In this document: positions 15,910 to 37,924 of the stretch, in pieces
Numbering within the stretch: position 1 is the first letter of the stretch
Layout: every line of letters starts with the position of its first letter
NCBI GenBank assembly: GCA_964016885.1
Contig: OZ024743.1
Coordinates: forward strand, 19,282,001-19,346,000
DNA: 64,000 bases
Source: Eledone cirrhosa
Taxonomy: Eukaryota
Direction: 5' to 3'
Made by a program: the position numbers and the translations under genes
Notes under the pieces: model-generated
The model's input: only the letters and a program-made list of their open reading frames with translations
Database searches by the model: none
What the model was told of the DNA's origin: nothing

Positions 15910-16553
15910 AGGGTTTAAGTATCGTTAGAGAGGATGAAGCAGAGAGGTACAAAGAGGTGCGATACAGAATACTAAATGCCAATAGCCGGAGCGTGGCGCG
16001 CTCGATGCTTGCGTTAGCAGGGTTAAATATTGGAGGATGTTAATATTTAGCGTATGGTTTAAGCAAATGAATGGATGAAGGAGTTACAGGCCGTTAAAAC
16101 AATTCTTTATATACCTCTTACACGTGTTTCACCCAGAAGGGCTCTTCAGAGGGATAGTTACTTATGATTACATCAGTAAGTATAGATACGGTTGAGAAAT
16201 TATTAGATACGATTGAGAAATTATTTCTCCAATTTTACATCACCCTGCATTTTGCCCGGAAAAGTGTAAACACAATGGCTGGTGTCGGGTAAAATAAACT
16301 TAGGGGCATACAGCCTGGCACCAAATAATTACCTCCCTTAGTGGGTTATGTCCCTTTCACTGGCGCCAGTGTGTTTACACTTTTCCGGGAAAATACATCG
16401 TGATTTAAAGTTGGACTAATAATTTCTCAACAGTATCTTACTGATGTACTCTAATCATAAGAACTTCTGCCTGTGAATAGCCCTTCTGGGCGAAACACGT
16501 GTAAGAGCTATGTATTGTTTTAATGGCCTGTAACTCCTCCATTTCATTTGCTT
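15905..16553 (-). mobile_element. Older diverged palindromic PLE-like element P3 between (AT)n tracts
   Basis: Arms at ~16060-16290 and ~16360-16553 are imperfect reverse complements, with an unpaired extension on the left. Confidence 0.7.
16112..16156 (-). ncRNA. Minimal hammerhead ribozyme (decayed mirror at ~16470-16508 on +)
   Basis: Minus strand reads tatccct-CTGAAGA-gccc ttct gggt-GAAA-cacgtg-TA-agaggta. Confidence 0.75.
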
Positions 16554-17242
16554 ATATATATATATATAGACACAAATATTGTTTCACATTCAGAAAACAA
16601 AGCCAAGTATTTGAAGAACGTCTAAGGCAATCGGATTCCAAGCGTGTAAAAAGTACATTCGTAAAAACAAAAACCTATCAGGAACTCAATATCTATATTT
16701 GAACTAAGACATATTCTTTAACTCAGATATCATCCATATTTCCTAAGCTCTAACCCGCTCTAAACATGAGTATGGGGGTGACAGACGTTTTGAAGCTGCA
16801 GCCGTAAACATACGCAGTTTCTGTAAAAGATAATAGACATTCAACTACATCTACCATTACCTGCAGGGACTACAACCCCTTTACGTAGTAGGGCTTCATC
16901 CACCCATTCCCGTATACCCATGCCCTTAACCCCTCAAACAATCCACAAAGACTACATGATGTCGGGCAGCGGGGGTTTCAAATTAATTATCAAGCGAATA
17001 TACTAAGTTAGAAAAGGAACAAGTGAATCGATTACAAACTAAATATACAAGAAGCCTAGTTCCTTTAAATAACCTAAATACCAAACTGAAAATAAATAAA
17101 ATACCGAATATATTAAGATTTATATATATATATAAATACATATACACCTTTTTTTTTAAATGAGGGTTGTTTGCATAATTGCAAACGAATCGAATGTTAA
17201 TATTAATATTCGAGAAACTCAGATTACATAAATATGTATGTA

Positions 17243-17278
<36 letters not shown>

Positions 17279-17338
17279 CATATATATATACATATATATA
17301 TATATATGTATATATTTTTATATATATATATTAAGATT

Positions 17339-17371
<33 letters not shown>

Positions 17372-17432
17372 CTATATGTATATATATATATACATACGTA
17401 TCTCTCTCTCTCTGTCTCTCTGTCTCTCTCAC

Positions 17433-17504
<72 letters not shown>

Positions 17505-17809
17505 TATGAGTGTGTGTGTATGGGTATTTGCATTTTCGTGCTCAAAAACATATATATATTTCTTTAGGACAGAAACCTCATAAACATGTAATTATTAGAG
17601 TTATCACATCAGACTGCCCCATGTTCCAAAGTTTCGTTTATCTTTATGTATGAATATTTTTTATGGTATACAATTTACAATTTATATGTATATACACTCT
17701 GGAATTGACGTGACACTACGGCTCCAATAGATTCCCTGAGGACTACTTACTCCCAGCCAATACAATCTATAGATAAAACATCTTAGTTTCCAACATTATT
17801 TGTGACACT

Positions 17810-17995
17810 GGATTGGCAGTATCGGTAGAGGGTCGGACGCCATGCTTTGACGTAAAGAATTACGGCCCTTTCCATTCTGAGTTCAAATCCCGCCGAGGTT
17901 AACTTTGCCTTTCATCCTTACGGGGTCGATAAAATAAAGTACCAGTAATACACAGGTTAATTGCTGGCCTTGTGCCAAAAGTAGAAACAATTATT
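17810..17995 (+). mobile_element. tRNA-derived SINE
   Basis: TGGCAGTATCGGTAG, GAGTTCAAATCC, ctttgcctttcatccttacggggtcgataaaataaagtacc and an ATT tail. Closely similar to 52243 and 63762. Confidence 0.9.
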
Positions 17996-19517
17996 CGTGA
18001 CACACTTAGAATCAACGATTAACTCTATGAGTTCTCAATAGTTATGCTGTGCCTCAATGGTCTATTACGTCTTCTTACATGTGGTATCTTTTCTATTTTC
18101 CATTTATTTATTATTATTTTTTAATTCAGGAATTAAAATTCATCGTATATTTTATATTCTTAATTCCGCATAAATTTTTCGGGGTTCGATTGTTTACTTT
18201 CATTAAATTTAACATTCTTTAACGTTTATGGTTGTCGTTGTGCTTTTTTCGCATTTTCTACGCTTGTGATGACCGTGATCTCTGCACAATAGCGCACTAC
18301 AGCCATGCTTACTTTCTCGCAGACTTCACCACTACATTCTTTGCAACTTACGTAATTCCTTCCTCTTATCTTTTTGGCTTTCTTTCTTTATATATTTGGC
18401 GTCATCCTATCTCTTTTAGACATTGAAGCCTCTCATTTTAAGTTATATTTTATATTCTTTTATCTTTTGTGGAACCAGCAGTCTGATGAGGAGATCGATT
18501 CAGGGTCAAACCCAAACTTCTATCACTAAATCTTCAGAGAAACGCACGTAACAGGAAAACACAATAAATACATGAATACATGTAAAATAATTTTCATCAT
18601 TTTTATTTGTATTATTTTTATTATATATATATATATATATTTAAATAATGAGAGAGAGAGAGTAAAAAGGGGAATATATCTATGAAAAGAGAGGATTTTT
18701 GCATATGTACGTAAATGTAAATGTATATGTGCTTGTGTGTTTATGTATATATTATTTTTGTAGTTATGTATGTATACAGTGTTATGTCGGGAATCGGTAG
18801 ATAAATGCAATGGTAGATGTAATATTGTGAAAACTTCCCAAATAAAATTCGCTTTCTAAATATAATAAATCATTTTCGCTCGTTGCTTGCCAAACTGATA
18901 TTCCGTTTAGTGTTTCTTCAATACGAAAGCAGTACTGTCATTTGGTCTTCGATTTGAATTGCGTATACTATTTCAATCACTTTTCAGAGCTATTATTTTG
19001 CCGGGTAGCATCATGTTGTCTGTTATACCCATATATTATATGCTCTTGTAGTATTATTTGCCACACTTACTAGTGAAACACTTTAAGAGAAGTAAATTAA
19101 AATCATATATGTACATATATATATATATATATATTCACAAGAATCAAAGCTATGTTCAAAGCATTTATTCACTTACAATTGTTTCATCCACTACCGTTTC
19201 ATCCGCTTCGAACTACCCTCTTGCATTATCTGTGTTATCTGCCACATGTATTTTAATTTTGATTTTAAATTTGAATTGCTGTGCAAATATAGTATAGTAT
19301 AATATATGTCACTCCACTGTACATCAATATATATATATATATATATGTATCTGTGTGTCTCTTGCGTTGGATAGGAGGTCAATTATATGTACAAACATTG
19401 AAAAATGGTCCGAAGATTCCAAGCGTAGGTTTGGATGAAACAATTGTAAGTGAATAAATGCTTTGAACATAGCTTTGATTCTTGTGAATTGTCTCTATAT
19501 ATATACTCGTATACATG

Positions 19518-19553
<36 letters not shown>

Positions 19554-19573
19554 TGCACATATGCATATAAATA

Positions 19574-19667
<94 letters not shown>

Positions 19668-19799
19668 ATATAAGGGCGATACATTCGTTTTGCGGGGTTT
19701 TTGATGCGAAATAGTATGTCGAAACAAATATTGTTATACTTGGGGAGGGTCATATTTGTGTAATAATATTGCCAGGATTAATAAGAGATCACACTCACT

Positions 19800-20889
19800 G
19801 TTTGGTTGGTTTTTGCTTCTCTGTCTTTTATATCGGTTAATTTAATTTATTCGGTCCTCAGTATTACCATTGACTAACCAACGGTCAAAAATACAGATAC
19901 AATATAGACACAAACACATATATATAGTCTAACAAAGTTTTTTCGTTGCACATCTGCAACATCGTCAGTGGTGCTATTATGTTTCCTCCCGTTGTATTGT
20001 ATGCTTACGCCATCTTTATTTAGTCTGTTTATTTATTTATTTGTTTATGTTTTTGTCTTCTCTGCGCATGCGTTTGCCTGTGTGTATAGTGGTGTGTTTG
20101 ATGTGTGTTCGTGTTTGGGTGACTGTGTATTGGTTATTGTATTCTATCTTAGTTTACTAGTGTGTGTTTATATGTGTTTGTTGTTATTGTGCTTGTGTAT
20201 TTATTTATTTATTTATTTATTTATACTTATCTTAGGTCAGACTTGTTTGTTTGGGTGTTGTTCTTATTCCATTCAATTTTTCTGTTTGGCTTTGGCCTTC
20301 TAAGTTCTATTTCGCTGATCTCTCTGATTTGCCTATCTGCTGGGTCATTTCTATGTTTAGATATTATTCTATTTCTATGTTGTCTATGTTACCGTCGTGT
20401 GGTTGTCTAGCATGTTCGTATAGTACTGAACCGTTTTTTCGTCCTTTTAGTCCCCCCCCCCAGTGTTGGTCTATCCTTTCACCTATGCTACGAGCTGTCT
20501 CGCCTATGTATGTTGTTGTCATGTTTCTGTAGGTACCCACTGTACATCTTATGCTATAGACTACGTTTCTATTTTTACAGTTTATCCGGGGATTGCCCAT
20601 TATAAAAGAGCAAATCATGGAATAGCTTAGATAGGACTAGACATAAGATAGGGAAAGCCACCTCATGGTACGACAACCAGAGATACCAGAGTGTCATGTT
20701 TATGAACGCTACCCCTGGAGGGAAATTAGCTAACCAGTGTAGAAAGGCCCTGAGAAAGAGCCACTTAAAGATTAAGGTAGTAGAAAAGCCAGGAACCACC
20801 ATAAAATCCCTGATCAGCAAAACCTACCCTTTTAATAAAACCCACTGTACTAATAGGAAATGTATCATACTAATAGGAAATGTATCATA
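19800..20889. mobile_element. Penelope-like element fragment with internal inversion (GIY-YIG on -, upstream linker on +)
   Basis: Minus 20364-20600 reads NCKNRNVVYSIRC..YIGETARSIGERIDQH (GIY-YIG). Plus 20600-20890 reads ATPGGKLA..KVVEKPGTTIK..PF..C..C. A decayed hammerhead core (CTGACGA..gttgca/tgcaac..GAAA) lies on - at ~19926-19972. Confidence 0.8.
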
Positions 20890-21410
20890 TGTGCCTCTCC
20901 TTTGTTCTGTCCTACGTCATTTTGTTTCTGTCTGTGTGTTGTGTGCTCAGTTTGCGCATGCACCACATCCGGGTGTCTGTGTGTGTTTAGACAAATTACA
21001 GAGGCAATAAACATAAAAGAATTACAACCAAAATTAAATAGAAAATATGAGTGGAACAGCAACATCACAACTTACAATTAAGGACAAAATGAAAACACAC
21101 ACACACATAGAACAAACAACCAACCAATAACATGTAAATAAATAAATAAATAAACAAATAGATAAATGAACATAAACACACACAGACACCCGGATGTGGC
21201 GCATGCGCAAACTGAGCACACAACACACACACAGAAACAAAATGGCGTAGGACAGAACAAAGGAGAGGCACAGAAACAAAGAAAGGAATCCCCAGTCACT
21301 GAAGAGGTCACAGAGTGTGTGACGAAAGGACTATGACTATATATAAACAACTATCTGGTTGTGGAACCAACCAACCAACCAGAAACTTATAAATTTATAA
21401 ATTTGTAAAT
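20890..21410 (+). mobile_element. 5'-truncated Penelope-like element with inverted partial pLTR
   Basis: 20890-20987 is the reverse complement of ~21175-21272. The body encodes the GIY-YIG C-terminus RQITEAINIKELQPKLNRKYEWN, and the 3' UTR holds a hammerhead. Confidence 0.8.
21294..21338 (+). ncRNA. Minimal hammerhead ribozyme
   Basis: agtca-CTGAAGA-g-gtcaca gagtg tgtgac-GAAA-ggac-TA-tgact. Stems I and II are perfect, with one extra nt before stem II. Confidence 0.75.
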
Positions 21411-21550
21411 TTATAAATATATAATAAATTGAAGTGAAAGCAACTGGTGCGTGTGTTTCTTATTGGCAACATGACCCTCCCAAAGTATAACAATATCGGT
21501 TTCAACACACGATTTCAGATAAAGAATCTTGCTAAACAAATTCAGAAACG

Positions 21551-21695
<145 letters not shown>

Positions 21696-21994
21696 AGGGG
21701 GCTGAAGTTGGAAATAGCACGGAAAATATATGTTAGGATCTGTTTTCCTTTTTTCTCTTCTTTGACTCGTCAAAGTGTTATTATTGGAAAAAGAGAGGGA
21801 GAATTCTTTTTGAAAAGAGTTTTAAAATGTATATAAAGTATATAAAGTATCACTGATTCCGATGTATTATTAACATTCATTTTATGAAATGTTGAGTATT
21901 ACAATTAAAAAGAATTAATAACAATTAAAAACTAAAAATTAACGATTTAAAATTAAGTGTTGGAGTAAGTTTTTTCCCATCTTCTAAGTAAGGA

Positions 21995-22028
<34 letters not shown>

Positions 22029-22697
22029 AGATTTGAATGGATACAGTTTAGTTGAAAGGAATTTATTGACACGTGTTTCTATAACAGTTACATAACCTGA
22101 AAACAGCTGCTTTCTACATATACATACTGCTATCTATATATACATACATATGAAACCTACTATATATGCTCTAACCTATATATCCTTAAATACCTCTTAA
22201 ATTAAAAACAACAGAAAAGAGAGAGATATAAGCCAGATTACCTAAAGAAAATCAATTTTAAATTATATGGTTTCTGGAACTCAAGATACACTAGCTAGAA
22301 TTCCAAGACATTAGAATAACTAAGATTGGAGGAATAGAAGTTTCTTCATCGGGAGGCGAATTTTACATAAGCATAAGGGGATAAGTAAAACATTTATAAC
22401 ACATATGAATTCATTGCTAAATTTTATATTTCAATAATGTGTACTAGAGAGAGTTAACCTCGTAGAGTTACAAATTAATAATCACAGCTCCTTCATTGCT
22501 TTGAGCTTTTTTAGTCGATTTTCATTTATTTGCTGCTATTTCTAGTGTCAATATAACCCTTTCTGATGATTTCCTATAAATCAAACAGTTGTAGTATATG
22601 TATATATATATATAGTAATAATAATAAATTTGAAGACAAAAATCCAAAGAGGGCTCGATAAATATATATCAGATATACAAGAACCGTAGAGCCAATA

Positions 22698-22807
22698 TTT
22701 ATTAAATAACAGATTAAAGTTTAAGCAAAGAATCGCTGCTTTCACCCTTAACCCTTCGTTAAGAGTGAAAGCAGCGACTCTTTGTTTAAACTTTAATATA
22801 TTATTTA

Positions 22808-22812
<5 letters not shown>
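22698..22812. repeat. Mini fold-back element (~55 bp arms, 5-nt loop) adjacent to (AT)n; same family as 11575-11660 (+) and 15737-15825 (-)
   Basis: ttaagggtgaaagcagcgatt.tttgcttaaactttaatctgttatt is shared by all three sites. Confidence 0.8.
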
Positions 22813-22893
<81 letters not shown>

Positions 22894-23179
22894 CAGTATA
22901 TAGAGAAGAAAACACAAAATGGGTGTTTTCAATTATGAGGGGTAACCATTAGAGTGAACAGCATAAAATGTACAGACCCTCATTTATAACTATAAAACAC
23001 CTGGTCAAAATCAAAGATGAGAATGCTTCACCATAACTTCTCACAGTGGTTCTCTACCCTTCGTAAATGAAAACACCATTTTTATGTGTACTTCTCTATA
23101 TACTGAATTATAAAGAGCCCGGTACTTACCCCATTTACAGGTGATTAACACGAGTCTTTAACTCCGTTTTTTTTTCATT

Positions 23180-23591
23180 TGCAAAATCATTAACCATCTT
23201 GCCAACAACAACCCTGAGCACCTTTTTGATTTCCATGTGTCTAACACAAGTGGGCATACCTACAAAGTCAGAAAACAGCAGAGCTCCCATGACTTTTGAA
23301 AACATTTTTTCACGCTCAGAGTTGCTGAAGCATGGAACAAACTACCTTCATTAGTTGTTATCTGTCGAGACACTCTATCCTTTAAATCATCCATGCTTCC
23401 TGAGATTCGCCAACACTGCATCTGATATCCACCTTCCATACAGACGCACATATGTATATCATGACTCGTACACTGTTAATTTTCCTGACATTTGTACATT
23501 ATTCTATGTACTATACATGCACCTTTGATGAGTTGTAGTGCACCTGAGCACTGTACACAATGATTTCATTATTATTATCATTATTATTATT
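23180..23591 (+). mobile_element. CR1-like LINE 3' end with (ATT)n tail
   Basis: Translates as SNTSGHTYKVRKQQSSHDF*KHFFTLRVAEAWNKLPSLVV, the typical CR1 C-terminus, followed by a short 3' UTR and ATT repeats. Confidence 0.8.
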
Positions 23592-24574
23592 GTTCTTTGA
23601 GTCTCAGTCATTGATGTTATTTAACTGGAAAGTTTGTTGAAATGAATATCAAGCCGCTACCTGCAGCCTAAGATATTCAGGTCGTATCGGAGGGTTCTTG
23701 CTGTTCCCACGAAGCATGCCTTTTGAAGTGTTCCAAAAAGTGGGGCTGGACTAATCTTCTTTAACCATCCTTGGAAACTCTTTGAGATAGAACCTAGTGC
23801 GCCTATGACAATCCTTGACTTCATGGGTGTTCCAAATCCTTTTTAACTCCCACGTTAAGTCCTGGTATCGGTTAGTTTTAACCCTCTCCTTTTCTTGCAC
23901 TCTCGTCGCACCTTCACCTGATCGTTTTCTATTACCTACTCTGGCTTATGCTCATACCACTTCTCAGAATGTGGTAAATTGTTTACTTTGCATAGGTGCC
24001 AGTGGATCACCCTGCCCATCACATCATGTCTCCAGCCCTTATAGTGAGTCTGGGCTAGGTGTTTACACTCGGATACAATGTGAGCCACAGTCTCCTCTCT
24101 CTCTCCACAGATCCTGCACAGTGGGCTAGCCTCCTCCTTGTAAATGTGGTGTTTCAACCACTTCGTTTTGAGGGCCTGCTCCTGCGCGGCCATTAACATT
24201 CCTTCTGTAGCCTTTTTAAGGTCTCCTCTTTTCAACCAGTTCCATGTCTGTGGATCTCTAAATTCAGTTTTCTCAAAGAAGGTACTATGAAGGGATTTTT
24301 CCTAAAGTCTGCTCTTTCTCCTTGATGTTATTTCCTCATTGGAATCCCCTGACCTATTGTCCCCTCCTTCAGTACAGTTCTGAGCATTGGCTCCTTCCTA
24401 TCAGTCACGTATTTGTGTAGGTTGTTTTTCTCCATCTGAATACAGTCCTCTATGCTGATAAGACCTCTTCCACCTTCAGATCTCCTTAAGTAGAGTCTAT
24501 CGACATCACTCCTCTTCTGGAACATATTGTAGATAGTCAATAGCTTCCTAGTCTTCCTATCCATTTCTTTTTGT

Positions 24575-25933
24575 TCAGCAACATTCCATCTCAGAATTTC
24601 CCGCACTGTACCTAATAATAGACAGGGCTCGGGAATTTACTGCACTTATGGCATTCCAACTGTTCAGATGTGACTTCAATACGCTCCTTACTCTCCGAAT
24701 GTATTCAGTTCTTATCAATTCCTTCATATTGTTGTTATTGATGTCATCAGCCTCCAGAACGCCCAAATACTTGTATCCTTCCTCAGAGTCAATTCCCTTT
24801 ATCATCTCACCTGTTGGTATCTGGATTCCGTTACTTCTGCTCAACTTACCCCTCCTCATCACAATGACTTCACACTTACTAATACCAAATTGCATACATA
24901 TATCATTGCTGAAAATACGGACAGTGACAACAAGCACATCCAACTCCTTCTCACTCTTCCCTAAGAGCTTAAGATCGTCCATGAAGAGGAGGTGATTGAT
25001 GGTAAGCCCTCCCTTTCCCAACCCGTATCCTGCTCTCACTTTTCGCAGTACACTGGTCAGAGGCATCAGGGCACGGACAAACAACAGAGGGGACAGACTA
25101 TCTCCCTGGAAGATACCTCTCTTGATCTTCACGCTTCCCAAGGATTCTCCAGTTGATGTTAACTCTGTTTCCCAGGACTTCATACTTTTGCCCAACAACT
25201 GTCTGATGTTATCTGCCACCTTGAAGATCTCCAGGCTTTTGGTGATCCAAGAATGAAGCACCATGTCAAATGCCTTTTTGTAGTCTATCCATCCCATGGC
25301 AAGACCAGTGTGTCTCCTCTTGCAATTCCTCATTACCATCTTATCAATAAGTAACTGGTCCTTTGTATCACGTGACTTCTTTCGGCATCCTTTATGTTCG
25401 TCCGGAAACAAGTTGTTTGTGTGGAGGTGATGGTAGATTTCCTCAGACATAATGCTTGTCAACAGTTTCCACATTACGGACAGACATGTGATAGGTCTAT
25501 AGTTGGTAACATCATTACCCTTGATTCGGTCTTTCATTATCAGAACTGTGGTACCTTTTGTCAACCACTCTGGTATCTTACCGGACATCAAGCAGTCATT
25601 GAACATGGTTGTCAGTTTCGGGTGGAGGGATGTTATGTTTTTAATCAAATACCCCTGCACACCATCTGGGCCAGGTGATTTCCAGTTGGTTAGTTTTTTG
25701 GCCTGCCCCTTAAGAGTTTCAACTGTGATACTCAAATCAGTTTGTTGGTGTGCCTGTTCACCGATCTCCTTCTGTACTGCCTCAATCCACACTGTCTGGT
25801 CATTATGTTTAACATCCTGCTCCCATATTCCTCTCCAGAATGTTTTAGTTTGTTCCGCCTCAGGGATCAAGTCGTTGCCTCTTTCTTTCCCTTCAAGCTG
25901 TCCAAACAGCATCTTCTGGTTGTTGTCGAACAT
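24575..25933 (-). pseudogene. Reverse transcriptase segment of Dong A1
   Basis: 452 aa ORF with KSPGPDG, NYRPITCL, DYKKAFD, QGDSLSP and FMDD. Confidence 0.92.
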
Positions 25934-27283
25934 GCGGTTCTGTGTATACTGGCTGACTCTGTTCTCGTCTCGCCTGATGTTTGCACTCTTTGCTACAATG
26001 CGTTGCTTCAGTTCGTCTATGATAATATTTAGCTTTTTCCTCCTAGTTTTGTACTTTATTTCCAGTCTATTTTTAGTGTCTATGTTTTTTAGTGTCCCAT
26101 TCAGTAGTGACTAAAGCTTTCCAATGTCATTTCTCCTTTCCTTGATTTGACCACTCAGTCGTTTCTTCCACCAAGGCTCTGCTCTTTCTTGTCTGTTGTT
26201 TCCTCTCGCTTTTATACCAAGTAGTTTCCTCACCGTATTAGCTGTTGCTTTGAGGATATTGTTGCACTGGTGAAGGCTCCTCGCCTCAAGGTATGGGATG
26301 ACTTTGTTTACCTTAGCTGTTGTTTCTTTTAACTTTTTCCTGTCTACAAATCTTAGGTTCATAGGTCTCCCACTATCATTGTTCAATTCATCTACCACTA
26401 AGTTTGTCCTAGCCCGTCAGCATTCATCTCCTCAGTGGCCGTATCTCTGTTCCAGGTATTATTTATCTCAGTATTCAGATCATTGTCTGCTTCGGGTGGT
26501 TCCTCCGTTCTCTCGACCTCTTCACCTTCATTTCCCACTGGCTCGTTTGCCTGGCATACTCCACCCTCCATCTCCAAGCTAATCTCTCTGCTCAGTTCCT
26601 CCAGTTCCAGCTCGCTTATCCACCCATTAGTTCTTATTACCCGAGCCTGCCCGGCCAGTTTTTGTTCATCTAATTTAAATGGACCAATCTCGTTCCAGAT
26701 GTTATGCATCCTTTTCCTATAGCCTTTCTCCTTGGGGTTACACTTCAGGTAACATTGCATAACAGTTCTATTCAATTCTTTCGTCCAGTTGGTTCTGGTC
26801 TCTTTCCTTCTTCTTCTTCCTCCGACACCAGCAGTATTTTGTTGACAGCCAGGTCCCTGCTGCTGAGCCAGGGAGCACCTGTTGGGTGAGAGTGTGTCAC
26901 ATGACATTCTAGTCTCCAATTCACCGTTATTCGAACTGTTTAGGTTCGACATTTAAACACTCTTATCGAGGATTGGCGAATGTATGGTGACAAAACCACC
27001 GGTGAATTACTTGTCTCCGGTGGTTTCGTCACTCCACGTGACTTTGGTGTGACATTATCACGCTGTAGACGAACCCAAATAAACAAACAAACAAACAAAC
27101 AGGCAGAAAAAAACCCAAAAATGGATAAGCATAAGTTTCATTGTAATGTAGTGTTTGAATGTCTGACTTAGTTTTTCCCTTCCCTTCTCTGTCCGTCCGT
27201 TTGTTTTTCTCTTCATTTTTATTTCCTTTTCGTTTTTCGTTGTTGCTGTGCTGCTTTGATTTTTTTATTTTTTTTTTTTTATT

Positions 27284-28574
27284 TTGACCGGATCATCAAT
27301 TCAGTCTATTTATATATTTTGATGCCTTCCTCTTTTAGTGAGAATTCTACAATGTAGCAGGGGCTAGCGGGAGAGAATAGCGGCGGTAGTGACAATGAGG
27401 CAGCGGCGGCGGCGGCGATGGCGGTGCTGTGCCAGCAGCAACTAGCAGGAGGTAGTGGGAGAGAATAGCGGCGGTAGCGATAATGAGGCAGCGGCGTTGG
27501 CGATGTGGTCGTATTACTGTAGAGATGGTGTTGAAGATGGAGTAGAAATTTGAGTCGACTTGACCAGAGTTTTCATCGTGGCAGTGGTGGTGGCAATGGT
27601 GGTGAAATTATGTTTAGTGAAATTATCATTAGTCTCGTATATGTGTTGACACATTCCTGTAATATTGGAATTAAACATTTTGTTAAAACTAAAACTTGAT
27701 TTTGATTATTGTTTTTTTTTTTCTTGACCGGGTCATCAATTCAGTCTATTTATATATTTTGATGTTTTCCTCTTTTAGTGGGAATTCTACAATGTAGCAG
27801 GGGGTAGCGGGAGAGAATAGCGGCGGTAGTGATATTGAGGCAGCGGCGGCGGTGATATGCCAGTAGCAACTAGCAGGAGGTAGTGGGAGAGAGTAGCGGC
27901 GGTAGCGATAATGAGGCAGTGGTGGTGGTGGTGATGATGTGGTCGTATTACTGTAGTGATGGTGTTGAAGTTGGAGTAGAAATTTGAGACGACTTGATCA
28001 GAGTTTTCATCGTGGTAGTGATGGTGGTATTGGTGGGAAAATTATCTTTAGTGAAATTATCATTAGTCGCGTATATGTGTTGACATATTTCCGTAATATT
28101 GAAATTAAACATTTTGTTAAAACTAAAACTTGATTTTTATTTTTTTTATTTTTTTTATTTTGACCAGGTCATCAATTCAGTCTATTTTTATATTTTGATG
28201 TTTTCCTCTTTTAGTGGGAATTCTACAATGTGGCAGGGGGTAGCGGGAGAGAATAGCGGCGGTAGTGATATTGAGGCAGCGGCGGCGGTGGTGGTGGCGG
28301 TGCTGTGCTAGCAGCAACTAGCAGGAGGTAGTGGGAGAGAATAGCGGCGGTAGCTATAGTGAGGCAGCGGTGGTGGTGATGTGGTCGTATTACTGTAGTG
28401 ATGGTGTTGAAGTTGGAGTAGAAATTTGAGTGGACTTAACCAGATTTCTCATCGTGGTAGTAGTGGTGGTATTGGTGGTGAAATTATCTTTAGTGAAATT
28501 ATCGTTAGTCGCGTATATGTGTTGACATATGTCCGCAATATTGGAATTAAAAATTTTGTTAAACTAAGACTTGA
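27284..28574. repeat. Three tandem ~435 bp monomers in the 5' region of Dong A1
   Basis: Units start ttgacc(g/a)g.tcatcaattcagtc at 27284, 27724 and 28160. Each has an internal duplication of gggagagaatagcggcggtag. Confidence 0.92.
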
Positions 28575-28811
28575 AGCAATAGTAATAGTAATTATTATTA
28601 TTATGCTGAGATTGGTGGTGGTGGTGGTGAAATTGCCGCTATCTGGCTGTTGTGTTTAGTGTACACAGAGGGGTGACGGGGTAGGTGATGTATCTAGTTT
28701 CTGATGTTGGTGAAATTGATGTTATTTGGCTGTTCTATGTAGTGTAGACAGAGGGGATTTTCTTCCATTTATACCATTTTCTTTTTTTAATATAAAATGT
28801 ATAATACAAAA

Positions 28812-28844
<33 letters not shown>

Positions 28845-28851
28845 GTTGTTG

Positions 28852-37866
<9,015 letters not shown>

Positions 37867-37885
37867 TATTATTATTAACAGGGGA

Positions 37886-37918
<33 letters not shown>

Positions 37919-37924
37919 GTTATT

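Larger units (their letters stand above)
23592..28811 (-). mobile_element. R4/Dong-clade non-LTR retrotransposon, family A copy 1 (near full length, disrupted)
   Basis: RT motifs IFQGDSLSPLLF and HLLFMDDLKL, CCHC (CRICGEREETVAHIVSEC), no APE domain. It has frameshifts, a deletion removing the RLE PD motif, and (TTA)n at both ends. Confidence 0.92.

Noticed and set aside
17810-17900. tRNA gene
   Set aside because: The A/B boxes belong to a SINE head; there is no cloverleaf and the box spacing is expanded.
26955-26990. HDV-like ribozyme at the Dong 5' ends (TCCTCG and GGCGAATG words)
   Set aside because: I could not build P1, P2, P3 and P1.1 pairings on either strand by eye.
27284-28574. CRISPR-like or satellite array
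   Set aside because: No repeat-spacer structure; these are tandem monomers inside a LINE 5' region in eukaryotic DNA.
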